From positions 957,870 to 1,021,869 of the forward strand of contig CAWJWT010000002.1 of assembly GCA_963846655.1 (NCBI GenBank): a stretch of 64,000 bases of DNA, given 5' to 3'. Below, in pieces: positions 29,614 through 38,821 of this stretch (the first letter of the stretch is position 1; each line of letters opens with the position of its first letter). Origin of the DNA: an uncultured beta proteobacterium. GTDB taxonomy: Bacteria > Pseudomonadota > Gammaproteobacteria > Burkholderiales > JACQAP01. Position numbers and translations under genes: made by a program. Below the pieces are notes generated by a model. That model was not told the origin of the DNA. It did no database searches and saw nothing but the letters and a program-made list of their open reading frames with translations.

Positions 29614-30042
29614 TTGATCTACCTGGACACCAATTTGGTGGTCGCACTCTGCGCCGCGGAGCGCGATTCCGATCGGGTAGAGTCCGCGCTTGCCGCGGCC
29701 AGCGGGGAGGCCTTCTGCATAAGCGAATGGACCCGCGTGGAATTCACCAGCGCGGTCGGGATCAAGTATAGAAATCGGGAACTGACCGAACCGTTGGCGC
29801 GCCGGGCGCTTGCTGACTATTACGAAGCGTTCGAAGCCGGAGTCACGGTCATCACGCCTTCACGCGACGATTACATTCTCGCAGCGTTTTATCTCCAGGA
29901 TCTGCGAAGTGGGCTTCGTGGCGGCGACGCGCTCCATATCGCCGTTGCGGTGAATGCAAAGACAACCCGTCTTCTGACGCTCGACCGCATCTTTGTGAAG
30001 GCCGCGCGTGGCCTCGAGGTTCCGGTCGAACTTCCCTGGTAG
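29614..30042 (+). CDS. vapC: type II toxin, PIN domain (VapC)
   Basis: 142 aa with IYLDTNLVVAL (first acidic residue) and ...GGDALHIAVA...LLTLD. It abuts the antitoxin stop. Confidence 0.8.
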   Translation: MIYLDTNLVVALCAAERDSDRVESALAAASGEAFCISEWTRVEFTSAVGIKYRNRELTEPLARRALADYYEAFEAGVTVITPSRDDYILAAFYLQDLRSGLRGGDALHIAVAVNAKTTRLLTLDRIFVKAARGLEVPVELPW

Positions 30043-30167
30043 TTCCCACGCCAGTGAAGTCGGGCACAATTGTTCCGTCATGACCGTTATGGGCAACGGC
30101 ACTGCGAATCGACGAGAATCCAGATCGGTTATGCAGGCAGTTCTAATTGCCCGAGCATACGGGGTGC

Positions 30168-30306
30168 TCATTTATGGGCGCTAGCGGGGTTATGGGCAAG
30201 GCGGGAATCCCTTTACGGACACGATCAGTATCACGATATTCACGGACCTTCCCTCGTCACGACCGTCACGATCGTCACGTCGTCACGACCGTCACGCCGT
30301 CACGGC
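30168..30306. repeat. TCACG word-arm element (copy 6)
   Basis: ATTTATGGGCGCTAGCGGGG..., then ATTCACGG and CGTCACGA words. Confidence 0.85.
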
Positions 30307-30363
30307 CCTTCCGCGGCACCCGCAAAAGAGCGTAACATGTACATCTTATCTGTACATACCGGG

Positions 30364-30615
30364 ATGCGAGCCATGTCTTCCTCCGTAAACGTCACCCAGC
30401 TCCGTCAGAATCTTCCCGAGTACCTGAAGCAGGTTCGGGAGGGAAAGGAAGTCGAAGTCACCGTGCATGGCAAAGTCATCGCCCGCCTGGTCCCGGAAGC
30501 CGCAAAAAGCGATCGGGCAAAGAAAAGGCTCGCCGAACTTCGCAAGACCGCCAAGGTAGGCGACGTGACCTCTCCAGCGGGCGCAGCCTGGACGGGCGAT
30601 CGTGATCATCTGTGA
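30364..30615 (+). CDS. type II antitoxin, Phd/YefM family
   Basis: M(RAM)SSSVNVTQLRQNLPEYLKQVREGKEVEVTVHGKVIARLVP. It overlaps the following PIN gene by 14 nt. Confidence 0.8.
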   Translation: MRAMSSSVNVTQLRQNLPEYLKQVREGKEVEVTVHGKVIARLVPEAAKSDRAKKRLAELRKTAKVGDVTSPAGAAWTGDRDHL

Positions 30616-30994
30616 CACCCACGTGCTCGTCTTCGACGCCCTCGCACCCGCGCGGCTATCGGCAAAGGCGCGCCGGCGGCTGAAGGATGGAGAGTCTGCG
30701 GGGCAGTTGGCCTGCGCAGATATCTCCCTCTGGGAAATTGCCATGTTGATTGCGAAACGGCGACTGCAAATCGACGAGGAATCCGGATCCTTTATCCAGG
30801 CAGTCCTGGATGCCCGGGGCTACCGGGTGCTTCCCATAACGTCGGAAATCGCAGCCCTTTCGCAAAGCGCGGATTTCACCCAGAAGGATCCCGCCGATCG
30901 CCTGATTGCGGCAACCGCCCTTGCCGCCGGCGCGGAACTGCTTTCCGCCGATCAGGCAATGAAGGGCATACCGGGCTTGAAGCTGGTCTGGTAG
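30602..30994 (+). CDS. vapC: type II toxin, PIN domain (VapC)
   Basis: 130 aa with MIICDTHVLVF and ...DPADRLIAATALAAGAELLSADQAM. Confidence 0.8.
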   Translation: MIICDTHVLVFDALAPARLSAKARRRLKDGESAGQLACADISLWEIAMLIAKRRLQIDEESGSFIQAVLDARGYRVLPITSEIAALSQSADFTQKDPADRLIAATALAAGAELLSADQAMKGIPGLKLVW

Positions 30995-31015
30995 CGCCGC
31001 ATAGAGATCACTATC

Positions 31016-32567
31016 GTGCGACAAGACGAACTGCGCTCCATACTGCTGGTTAAGGCGATCGAGGAGGTCGACCAGGCGGGAACGCTCATGCCGCTGGCGG
31101 ACCGAGCCGCTGCCACACGGGAAGCCCGGCGTGCCGCTGGCGACGTGGCCCCACCCCGCGACGGTATCGAGCAGGGGAAGCTCTCGGAAGCGGCGCAGCG
31201 AATGGGGGTCGAGCGCTCGAGAATTCTGGTGGGAAAGATCGTTGCGCGGCATCCTTTCGTCGATACCGTTTTGAACCTGACCGTTGGTCCCGCCTGGGTG
31301 GGTTGGGTGGTTGTGGCCCTCGGTCTCGTCCTCGGATTCTCGCTCTCTGCCCTGGACGGCACGCGACACATCAACATCCTCGCCTTTCCGCTCCTCGGCG
31401 TGGTGCTCTGGAATCTCGCGGTCTACATGGCGACCTTCGTCAACTGGGTACGTGCGCGCTCAACGACAAAGCAACCGCAGCGAGGGCTTGCCCGGAGCAC
31501 TGACAAACTTCGGGATGCGCCTCGTGGCCCGGCAGTTGGCGAAGGCCGCTGCCTACAACGTGCCGCTCGCCGAGGCACTCCGCCGCTTCACCAGGGAATG
31601 GTTCGAGGTGGCGAGGCCATTGCTGGTGGCGCGTGCAACCCGCCTCTTTCATTTTTCGGCGGTAGCCGTCGGGATCGGCCTCATCGCGGGACTCTATGTG
31701 CGCGGCATCGCGTTCGACTACCTGGCCGGCTGGGAGAGCACCTTCCTCAACGCCTCGAGTGCCCGTGCGCTCCTCTCGGTCATCTATGGCCCGGCATCGT
31801 TCATCGCGGGGATTTCCATTCCCGACGTCGCCTATCTCGAGTCGATTCGCTGGAAGGGTGGCGCGGGAGGCGAGCAGGCGGCGCGCTGGATTCATCTCAT
31901 CGCGGCGACGGTGGCGCTTTACGTCGTGCTGCCGCGCCTGGTGCTTGCTCTGGCAGGGACGATTTCCATCGCGCGATGGTCGCGCCGCGCGCCGCTTCCG
32001 GCCTCTGTCTCCGCGTACTTCCGCGTGGCCTTCGGAGCGCTGGCCGGCGTGGTGGGCCGCGCCTTGGTCACGGTCATCCCCTACGCGTACGAACCTTCCG
32101 CGGCCGCGCGCGCGGGGCTGCGCACGTTGCTGCCCGCGGCGCTCGGAGAAAGTGTCACCCTCGATGCACGCGCGCCGGTGCGTTACGGCGAGGAAGACGA
32201 ATTCCTCCAGGGCCTGGGTAACGCGGGCAAACCGGACATCGTGGTGCTGTTGTTCAATCTCGCTGCCACGCCGGAAGAGGAGAACCATGGTGCCTTGATC
32301 GCCGGCGTGCGCGACGGGCTCACCGCGAAGCGCCTCGGCCAATTGCTCGTGCTGGTAGATGAAGCGTCCTATGCATCGAGGATGGGGGCAAACGGCGGCG
32401 CGAACGCGCGCGTACCAGAACGTCGCCACGCATGGCAGCAGTTCGTCGCGGCCCGGGGCATGGTCGCGTGCATCGTGAATCTCGCGACAGCCGAAGGCAA
32501 TGGGGTGCCGCCTCCCGAGCAAACCGATTGCATCCGCAGCGCCCTGTGGCAGCCCGATCCGGCATGA
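31016..32567 (+). pseudogene. DUF2868-like membrane protein, one frameshift (~31,450-31,500)
   Basis: ORF 31016.. (…NILAFPLLGVVLWNLAVYMATFVNWV) continues in ORF 31284..32567 (LTNFGMRLVARQLAKAAAYNVPLAEALRRFTREWF...). The DUF2868 assignment is from memory of the conserved pairing with the DUF3482 GTPase. Confidence 0.6.
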
Positions 32568-34073
32568 ATCAGCCCGCGACGCCCGCCGATGGAGCGGCCA
32601 CGATCAACCTCAGCCTGATCTCGCACACCAATGTCGGCAAGACCACGCTGATGCGCACGCTCACCCGCCAGGACATCGGCGAGGTGGCGGACCGTCCGCA
32701 TGTGACAGAAGAGGCCGAAAGCCACGTGCTGATCGACACACCGCAGGGCGACGCGCTGCGCCTGTGGGATACGCCCGGGTTCGGTGACAGCGCGCGGCTG
32801 CTCAAACGCCTGCGCGCCAACGCGAACCCGGTTGGCTGGCTGCTGACCCAGGTTTGGGACCGGTTTACCGACCGACCCTTCTTTTGCAGCCAGCGGGCAA
32901 TCCGCAACGCGCGTGACGAAAGCGACGTGGTCCTGTATCTCGTCAATGCCGCGGAGGATCCGACGTCCTCGACCTACGTGGAGAAGGAATTGGAGATCCT
33001 CGGCTGGGTCGGCAAGCCCGTCGTGGTACTGCTCAACCAGCTGGGACCCGCGCGCCCGAAGGAAGCGGAAGCGGCCGAAGAGGCGCTGTGGAGCCGGCAC
33101 CTGGCCGCGCATGTCGGCGTCGCGCGGGGCAATCACGCTGGATGCTTTCGCGCGATGCTGGGTGCAGGAAGACAGGCTCCTGGGCGTGGTTCGCGACGTG
33201 CTAAGCGCGGAGAAGCGTCAATCTTTCGAGCGATTGCGCCACGCCTGGCGCAAACGAAACGTGGAAGTGTTCGACGCCGCGATGCACTCGGTCGCCACCC
33301 AGCTCGCCGCGGTCGCAACAGACCGGGAAACCGTCGGCAAGCAAAGCATCCCGCAGCGAGCGCGGCGTTGGCTCGCCTCCCTCGCGACCGACCACGCGAA
33401 ACCCGATCTCGCCACGGAGCACGCGATGAACACGCTCGCAAGCCGGCTCGATCTGGCGGTGCGCGCGAACACCGATCGGTTGATCGCGCTGCACGGCCTC
33501 TCGGGTCGTGCGAAGGCGGCCATCCTCGCGCGTCTCGCCGGACAATTCCAGGAAAACAAGCCCATGGACGTCGCGACCTCTGGCGCCCTGGGCGGAATGG
33601 TGAGTGGCGCCCTGGGCGGCCTCGCCGCGGATCTCGCTTCGGGCGGACTTACCGTCGGCGCCGGCGCGCTCATCGGCGGCATTGTCGGCTTGCTCGGTGG
33701 AGGCGGTGTTGCGCGCGCGTATAACCTGGCACGTGGCACCGAGGACGGCCATGTGCGCTGGTCGGCGGAGTTCCTTACACAGCGCTTCGTCGCGGCGATC
33801 CTGCGCTATCTGGCCGTCGCCCACTACGGGCGCGGGCGCGGCGATTGGGTCGAGGCCGAGTACCCGGCGCACTGGCAGCCTCTGGCGAACGAGGTCGCCG
33901 CGCAGTATCGAAGTGAGCTCGAGGCCACCTGGGCCGCAACTGAGCGCGCGAGCGCCCACGAGGTGGAAAAACAACTGACACCCATCGTTCGCAAGGCGGT
34001 GCGGGAAGTCCTGGAACGGCTTTATCCCGAAGCGCGGGAAATGTTCGACTCTGCGCGCCAACCGGGCCATTGA
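32564..34073 (+). pseudogene. GTPase with DUF3482-like C-terminal region, one frameshift (~33,125)
   Basis: ATGA overlap with the upstream gene. P-loop SHTNVGKTTL, G3 DTPGFGD, LLNQLG. The C-terminal part (ORF 32913..34073) has a Gly-rich membrane segment GALGGMVSGALGGLAADLASGGL. Confidence 0.7.
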
Positions 34074-34099
34074 GCGGCCAACTGACACCGCATTACGCC

Positions 34100-34175
34100 C
34101 GCTTGATTGGCGACTCGCGCGCGATATCGTTGGGCAAGGCGTGGTCACGTATATAGGGTCCTGTTCTGGTTCAAG
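34100..34175 (+). pseudogene. internally deleted remnant of a DUF5615-type toxin gene
   Basis: gattggcgactcgcgcgcgatatcgttgggca matches 34,853-34,885. aggcgtggtcacgtatatagggtcctgttctggttcaagctga matches 35,118-35,161. Confidence 0.7.
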
Positions 34176-34211
34176 CTGACTCGCGCTGCTAACTCCCCGG
34201 TATGTAGTCGC

Positions 34212-34537
34212 GTCCGTCACGTCGTCACGACATTTATGGGACGTTGGCCCGGTTATGGTCGCAGACCGGTACCCTTTAGGGACGCGACATTTATGGTCGA
34301 CAGACCGGTATACCCGCAAGGGTGCACGATATTCACGACACTCACGATATTCACGACATTCACGGCTTTCCCCGACACGACCGTTATGGGCGACGCCCGG
34401 TACCCCCTCGGGGGGCGCGATATTTATGGGCGTCAGCCCGGTATCCCTTTAGGGACATGACATTCACGGTATTCACGACATTCACGATATTCACGGCTTC
34501 GTCGTCACGACCGTCACGTCGTCACGCCGTCACGACC
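34212..34537. repeat. TCACG word-arm element (copy 7, about 5 hairpin units)
   Basis: Multiple (A/T)TTATGG..GCCCGGTA(T/C)CC..GGGAC units alternate with ATTCACGA and CGTCACG words. Confidence 0.9.
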
Positions 34538-34616
34538 CTTGTTTCCCCTTGTGGGGGTACGCCCGTCACGGCTCTTAAGGTTGCACGCCCCCGCGAGTTA
34601 AGGGTAGGCTAACCGC

Positions 34617-34829
34617 ATGGATAAACCCGTTATTTCCTGCAATCCCGATGTGATGGGCGGCACTCCGGTTTTTTCCGGCACGAGAGTGCCGGTTCAGACT
34701 CTGCTTGACTATCTTGAAGCTGGGGACTCAATTGACGATTTTCTGGCTGGCTTCCCTTCCATCAATCGAGAACAGATCATCAGTTTTCTTGAGCAGGCGA
34801 AAGACCGTCTGGTCGCCACTGCCCATTGA
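34617..34829 (+). CDS. DUF433-family antitoxin-like protein
   Basis: 70 aa with NPDVMGGTPVFSGTRVPVQTLLDYLEAGDSIDDFLAGFPSI. Confidence 0.75.
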   Translation: MDKPVISCNPDVMGGTPVFSGTRVPVQTLLDYLEAGDSIDDFLAGFPSINREQIISFLEQAKDRLVATAH

Positions 34830-35161
34830 GAATATTTGTCGACGAATGCGTTGATTGGCGTCTCGCACGCGATATCGTTGGGCACGAGGTCAAGACCGCG
34901 CGCCAGATGGGTTGGACAACTCTAAAAAACGGCGAACTGCTTGCGCTTGCATCCAAACAGTTCGAGGTCTTTGTCACTGTCGATCGCAATCTCTCGTTTC
35001 AGCAGAATCTTCCCGCCTTCGATATCGCCGTCGTCATACTGCGATTCAGGTCAAACAGGCTGGGCGACCTTCAACAGCTGGTGCCGGACCTGCTTACCTA
35101 TCTTGAAACGGCGCAGCTTGGCGTGGTCACGTATATTGGGCCCGATTCTGGTTCAAGCTGA
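34826..35161 (+). CDS. DUF5615-family (Mut7-C/PIN-like) toxin-like protein
   Basis: 111 aa with MRIFVDECVDWRLARDI. It has a 4-nt overlap with the DUF433 gene. Confidence 0.7.
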   Translation: MRIFVDECVDWRLARDIVGHEVKTARQMGWTTLKNGELLALASKQFEVFVTVDRNLSFQQNLPAFDIAVVILRFRSNRLGDLQQLVPDLLTYLETAQLGVVTYIGPDSGSS

Positions 35162-35189
35162 CTCGCGCAGCTAATTCCCCGGTATGTAG

Positions 35190-35402
35190 TCACGTCCGTC
35201 ACGTCGTCACGATTGTCACGACATTTATGGGCGTTAGCCAGGTATCCCTTTTGGGACACGACATTCACGATATTAACGGCTTCGTCGTCACGACCGTCAC
35301 GTCGTCACGTCGTCACGTCATTCACGACATTCACGATATTTATGGGCGTCAGCCCGGTATCCCTTTAGGGACACGACCGTCACGTCGTCACGTCGTCACG
35401 AC
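35190..35402. repeat. TCACG word-arm element (copy 8)
   Basis: The same junction sequence as at 34,175-34,230, followed by two hairpin units and CGTCACG words. Confidence 0.9.
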
Positions 35403-35468
35403 CAATTTCCTTGAGTCCTGCCCTGGAATTCGCTAAAGTAAGGATTCCTTACTTTCTTTAAAAAGCCA

Positions 35469-35705
35469 ATGCTAGCCAAGCTGACGTCCAAGAACCAGCT
35501 TACCCTGCCCAAGAGCGTGACCACCGCAGTGGGAGCCGCCGAGTATTTCGAAGTGGAGGCCAAGGCCGGCCAGATTATCCTGACCCCGGTGCGCATACAG
35601 CGGGCTGGGTCGGTACGAGCCAAACTGGCGGAGCTCGACATCACCGAGCAGGACGTCACCGACGCCGTGACCTGGGCACGCAAGCCCAAACGCCGGCCGA
35701 AATGA
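35469..35705 (+). CDS. AbrB/MazE/SpoVT-family antitoxin
   Basis: 78 aa with MLAKLTSKNQLTLPKSV. Confidence 0.75.
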   Translation: MLAKLTSKNQLTLPKSVTTAVGAAEYFEVEAKAGQIILTPVRIQRAGSVRAKLAELDITEQDVTDAVTWARKPKRRPK

Positions 35706-36139
35706 CACGCGCGCCACGCGTCGTGTTCGATACGAACGTCGTGCTCTCGGCCCTTGTGTTTACGCACGGCAGATCCGTTCTCGTCCGCGAAGCCTGGCAG
35801 GCTGGGCGTTGCAAGCCCTTGGCTTCCAAGGCCACAGTGGACGAACTGGTACGAGTGCTCGGTTATCCCAAGTTCAAGCTTGCGGCCCAAGATCAGCGCG
35901 AGCTACTTGGCGACTACTTGCCTTATTGCCAGATCTTGGCTATCCCGCAGAAGGTTCCCAAGACGCCCCCGTGTCGGGACGTTTTCGATGTGCCGTTTCT
36001 GCAACTCGCGATTGTGGGGAAGGCTGACTTTCTGGTCACCGGCGATCAGGACCTGCTGGAGATCAAGAGCAAGCTTCTGTGCCCCGTCGTCACTCCTGAG
36101 GTGTTTCTTGGCGGTTCGCCAGGGAGCAGGGGGTCGTAA
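35702..36139 (+). CDS. PIN-family toxin (TIGR00305-like)
   Basis: 145 aa with RVVFDTNVVLSALVF and ...DVPFLQLAIVGKADFLVTGDQDLL. It has a 4-nt overlap with the antitoxin. Confidence 0.75.
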   Translation: MTRAPRVVFDTNVVLSALVFTHGRSVLVREAWQAGRCKPLASKATVDELVRVLGYPKFKLAAQDQRELLGDYLPYCQILAIPQKVPKTPPCRDVFDVPFLQLAIVGKADFLVTGDQDLLEIKSKLLCPVVTPEVFLGGSPGSRGS

Positions 36140-36184
36140 GCATTGGCCTCACCTCAGCATGGGCGGTTAGCCTGGAATCCCCCG

Positions 36185-36312
36185 GCCCTTCTGCCCTCTG
36201 TCTTCAATTCTCTGTCCTCTGACGCAGCACGCAGCACCCAGCACTCAACACGCAGCACCCTGCATCCAGTTCTCTCTTCCTCAGTCCTCAGTCCTCGTCA
36301 CTCGCTCCTCGG
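36185..36312. repeat. mixed simple-word repeat (CCCTTCTGCC, GCAGCAC, CCTCAGT words)
   Basis: cccttctgccctctg..., gcagcacgcagcacccagcac..., cctcagtcctcagtcctcgtc. Confidence 0.6.
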
Positions 36313-37341
36313 CGCCGCCGCCCTATAGTCCTGCATGATCACGGCCATCACATCGCCCTTGCGCACGCGGCCGGAACCGGGCGCCATCCAGACATAGCCG
36401 TCGAGCGGAAACTCGATCGGCTTCGGCTCGCGCGCCCATTCCTCGATGAAGTGCAGGGTGCCGGCCAGCTTGCCGGCGCGCACCTCCTGCCCGGGCAGGA
36501 ATGTCGGCTCGAACAGTCCGTCGCTCGGCGCGAACAGATACGAGCGCTGGTCGCGCACCTGCATCTGCCGGGTGCGCCCGCCGCCGGGGTGCGAGGTGTC
36601 CGGCTTGCCGTCGATCATGCCCAGGCCCTTCAACACATTGTCGAGGCCGCGCTCGGCATAGCGCAGGCCCTCGACGCTGACGCGCCCGTAGCCGCCGATC
36701 TCTGAGGAGATCGACAGCGCACCGTGGCGCTCGGCTGCGGCGGCCACCGTGCCGCCCTCGTCCACACCCCAGAACACCACGTTGTAGGGCGCGGCGAAAT
36801 TCTCCGTGAGTGCCTGGGTGCGCGCCATGACCTGGGGATCGTCCACCCAGTGCATGATCGTGCACAGCGCGGCTTCCATGGAATTGCCGGCGGCATGCAC
36901 GTCGACCGACACCTCGACCTGCGGCATGATCACCGTGTCGATGAAGTGCGCTAGCATCTGGCAGAAGCTGCCGCGCGCCTCTCCCGGCATGCAGCGATTG
37001 AAGTCGCGCTCGTCGATCGGGCACATCCGCCGCCCGGCGAGCGCGGCGGGCAGGTCCACCGCGGGCATCAGGATGAGCTTGCCGCGCAGGCTTTGCGGAT
37101 CGAGCCGGCGCGCCAGCCGTGAGCCCGCGATCTGGCCCTCGTACTCGTCGCCGTGCACGCCGCCGGTGAACAGCACCGCCGGCCCCTTGCCGCCATTGAT
37201 CACCGCGATCGGCACCTCGATGGTCGACCACGCGCCGCCGTCGCGCGACTGCGGCACGCGCAGATAGCCGAGCTGCTTGCCCGGCTTGTCGAAATCGATC
37301 TCATGAAAAATCCGGCTGCGGGTGGCGTGGGTGTCTGGCAT
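36298..37341 (-). CDS. succinylglutamate desuccinylase/aspartoacylase (AstE/AspA) family Zn-hydrolase
   Basis: 347 aa from MPDTHATRSRIFHEIDF, with Zn motif FTGGVHGDEYEGQ. Confidence 0.8.
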   Translation of the reverse strand: MPDTHATRSRIFHEIDFDKPGKQLGYLRVPQSRDGGAWSTIEVPIAVINGGKGPAVLFTGGVHGDEYEGQIAGSRLARRLDPQSLRGKLILMPAVDLPAALAGRRMCPIDERDFNRCMPGEARGSFCQMLAHFIDTVIMPQVEVSVDVHAAGNSMEAALCTIMHWVDDPQVMARTQALTENFAAPYNVVFWGVDEGGTVAAAAERHGALSISSEIGGYGRVSVEGLRYAERGLDNVLKGLGMIDGKPDTSHPGGGRTRQMQVRDQRSYLFAPSDGLFEPTFLPGQEVRAGKLAGTLHFIEEWAREPKPIEFPLDGYVWMAPGSGRVRKGDVMAVIMQDYRAAAPRSE

Positions 37342-37539
37342 GGCGCGGTCTCCTCGTTGGAGCCGCCAGCATAGCGAAGGGTGTCTCCTTCTGCCTGGAG
37401 GCGAGCGGGGTGGCCGAGTTATTGGTGCGTAGCCTGTGGGGGATGGCAAACTGCTCCGCCGGTCGTTCAGGACCGTTTCTCTTCGCCATTTCTCGAGGCG
37501 GCGTCTCTATGAGGCTGATCTAGTGCCCGATTGCCACAG

Positions 37540-37675
37540 TTCACGACATTTATGGGTGGGCGTCCCGGTATCCCTTTAGGGACACGACATTCACGATTCA
37601 CGGCTTCACCCCGTCACGTCGTTATGGTCGAAGACCGGTATCCCCTTGTGGGACACGTCGTTACGACCGTCACGT
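37540..37675. repeat. TCACG word-arm element (copy 9)
   Basis: CACGACATTTATGGGTGGGCGTCCCGGTATCCCTTTAGGGACACGACATTCACG..., plus a second unit. Confidence 0.85.
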
Positions 37676-37761
37676 TGCGGACCGCCCTTGCCGCCGGCGC
37701 GGAACTGCTCTCCGCCGATCAGGCAATGAAAGGCATACCGGGGGTGAAGGTGGTGTGGTAG
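37676..37761 (+). pseudogene. 3' remnant of a vapC paralogue
   Basis: ~85 bp encoding ...ALAAGAELLSADQAMKGIPGVKVVW*, nearly identical to 30,911-30,994. Confidence 0.8.
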
Positions 37762-38169
37762 CGGAACCCCCGTGGGGATCCCCGAAATGCGGGGCACGGC
37801 CGAGCGGCGAAGCCATACAAGTCTAGAGACATAGGTAACACCAGAGTTCAAACACATGGGTTACGACTTAGCTTTGGCGACCGGGGGCAGCCCGGTAGCT
37901 GGTCACTTTTCTTGCGCGGCCAAGAAAAGTAACCAAAAGAAGGCCGCCCCTGGTTTCGCGCCCCTTGTCACGGGGTGCCCCTGCGCTGCCTGCCTCGATG
38001 TGGCGACTGCGCAACTCGACCTGGCGAGGCACACACAACGTGCCTCACTGCGGGACTCGAACAGTGCTCGTCGACTTCCCCACATCGAGTCGAGCTGCTC
38101 GGCGCGCCTAAAGGGGAAAAAGCGAAGGTCAAAGGCCTACAGTCTGAGGTCTCAGCTCTGACTTTTCTC

Positions 38170-38496
38170 CTATGGTCGAATACCCTTTGTGCGCAACGCG
38201 TCGGAGTATCCGTTTAGACCGGTTACCCTTTAGGGATCCCTTGTGGAGCACGACCGTCACGTTTGTCACGATCGTTATGGGCAATAGCCCGGTTATCGCA
38301 GCGCGTGTACCCCTGTGGGTATCCCCTTGTGGGACACGACCGTCACGCCGCCACGTCGTCACGTCGTCACGGCCTTTTTCCGCTTAGACTTCTCCGCAAA
38401 CAAGAAACGCGGGAGTCAGTCGCTTGAGCTTCGTCACGATCGTCACGTCGTTATGGGCGTAGCCCGGTATCCCCTTGTGGGACACGACCGTCACGG
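38170..38496. repeat. TCACG word-arm element (copy 10, the last copy in the window)
   Basis: Several TTATGG..GCCCGGT(T)ATC..GGGAC units plus CGTCACG words. No further copies occur to the right. Confidence 0.9.
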
Positions 38497-38821
38497 CGAG
38501 GAACGAGTAAAGGGGAACATGCGGCTCCATCTTGCCGAAATCGGTTGCGGGCGTTCGTTCGAGCTGCCCGTTCAATTTTCTTCTCAAGCATTTGCAGGTT
38601 CATTTAGCAGCGAATACGCCGTTCACGATCCCTCAGTCATCCTCACAACCATCGTTCTCTCCGATCAGTAAAAGGCTGCCGAATATTGTGTGGTGTGTGC
38701 TATTTCTGTTTCTCGTGCCTAATTCAATATGCGAGCGATAGGAGCGTCGTAGAAAATTGGCCACTGAAAATGACTTTGTTCTGGCGGAACGGTTTTAGCG
38801 TAATAGCGGAGATCGCAATTC

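Noticed and set aside
38035-38110. tRNA or tRNA remnant at the island junction (gggactcgaac... resembles a T-arm on the minus strand).
   Set aside because: The putative T-stem does not pair (cactg/cagtg with an 11-nt loop). No acceptor or anticodon arms could be folded by eye.
37856-38161. ORF 37856..38161 (…SCAAKKSNQKKAAPGFAPL…) as a gene.
   Set aside because: It is a low-complexity basic peptide with no start context. It looks like translation of a non-coding repeat-like segment at the junction, so it is kept only as context for the junction finding.
29190-38496. Classical integron cassette array.
   Set aside because: No intI-like tyrosine recombinase is present, and no attC-type R''-L''...L'-R' structure (GTTRRRY core) was found at cassette boundaries. 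The repeats have a different architecture.
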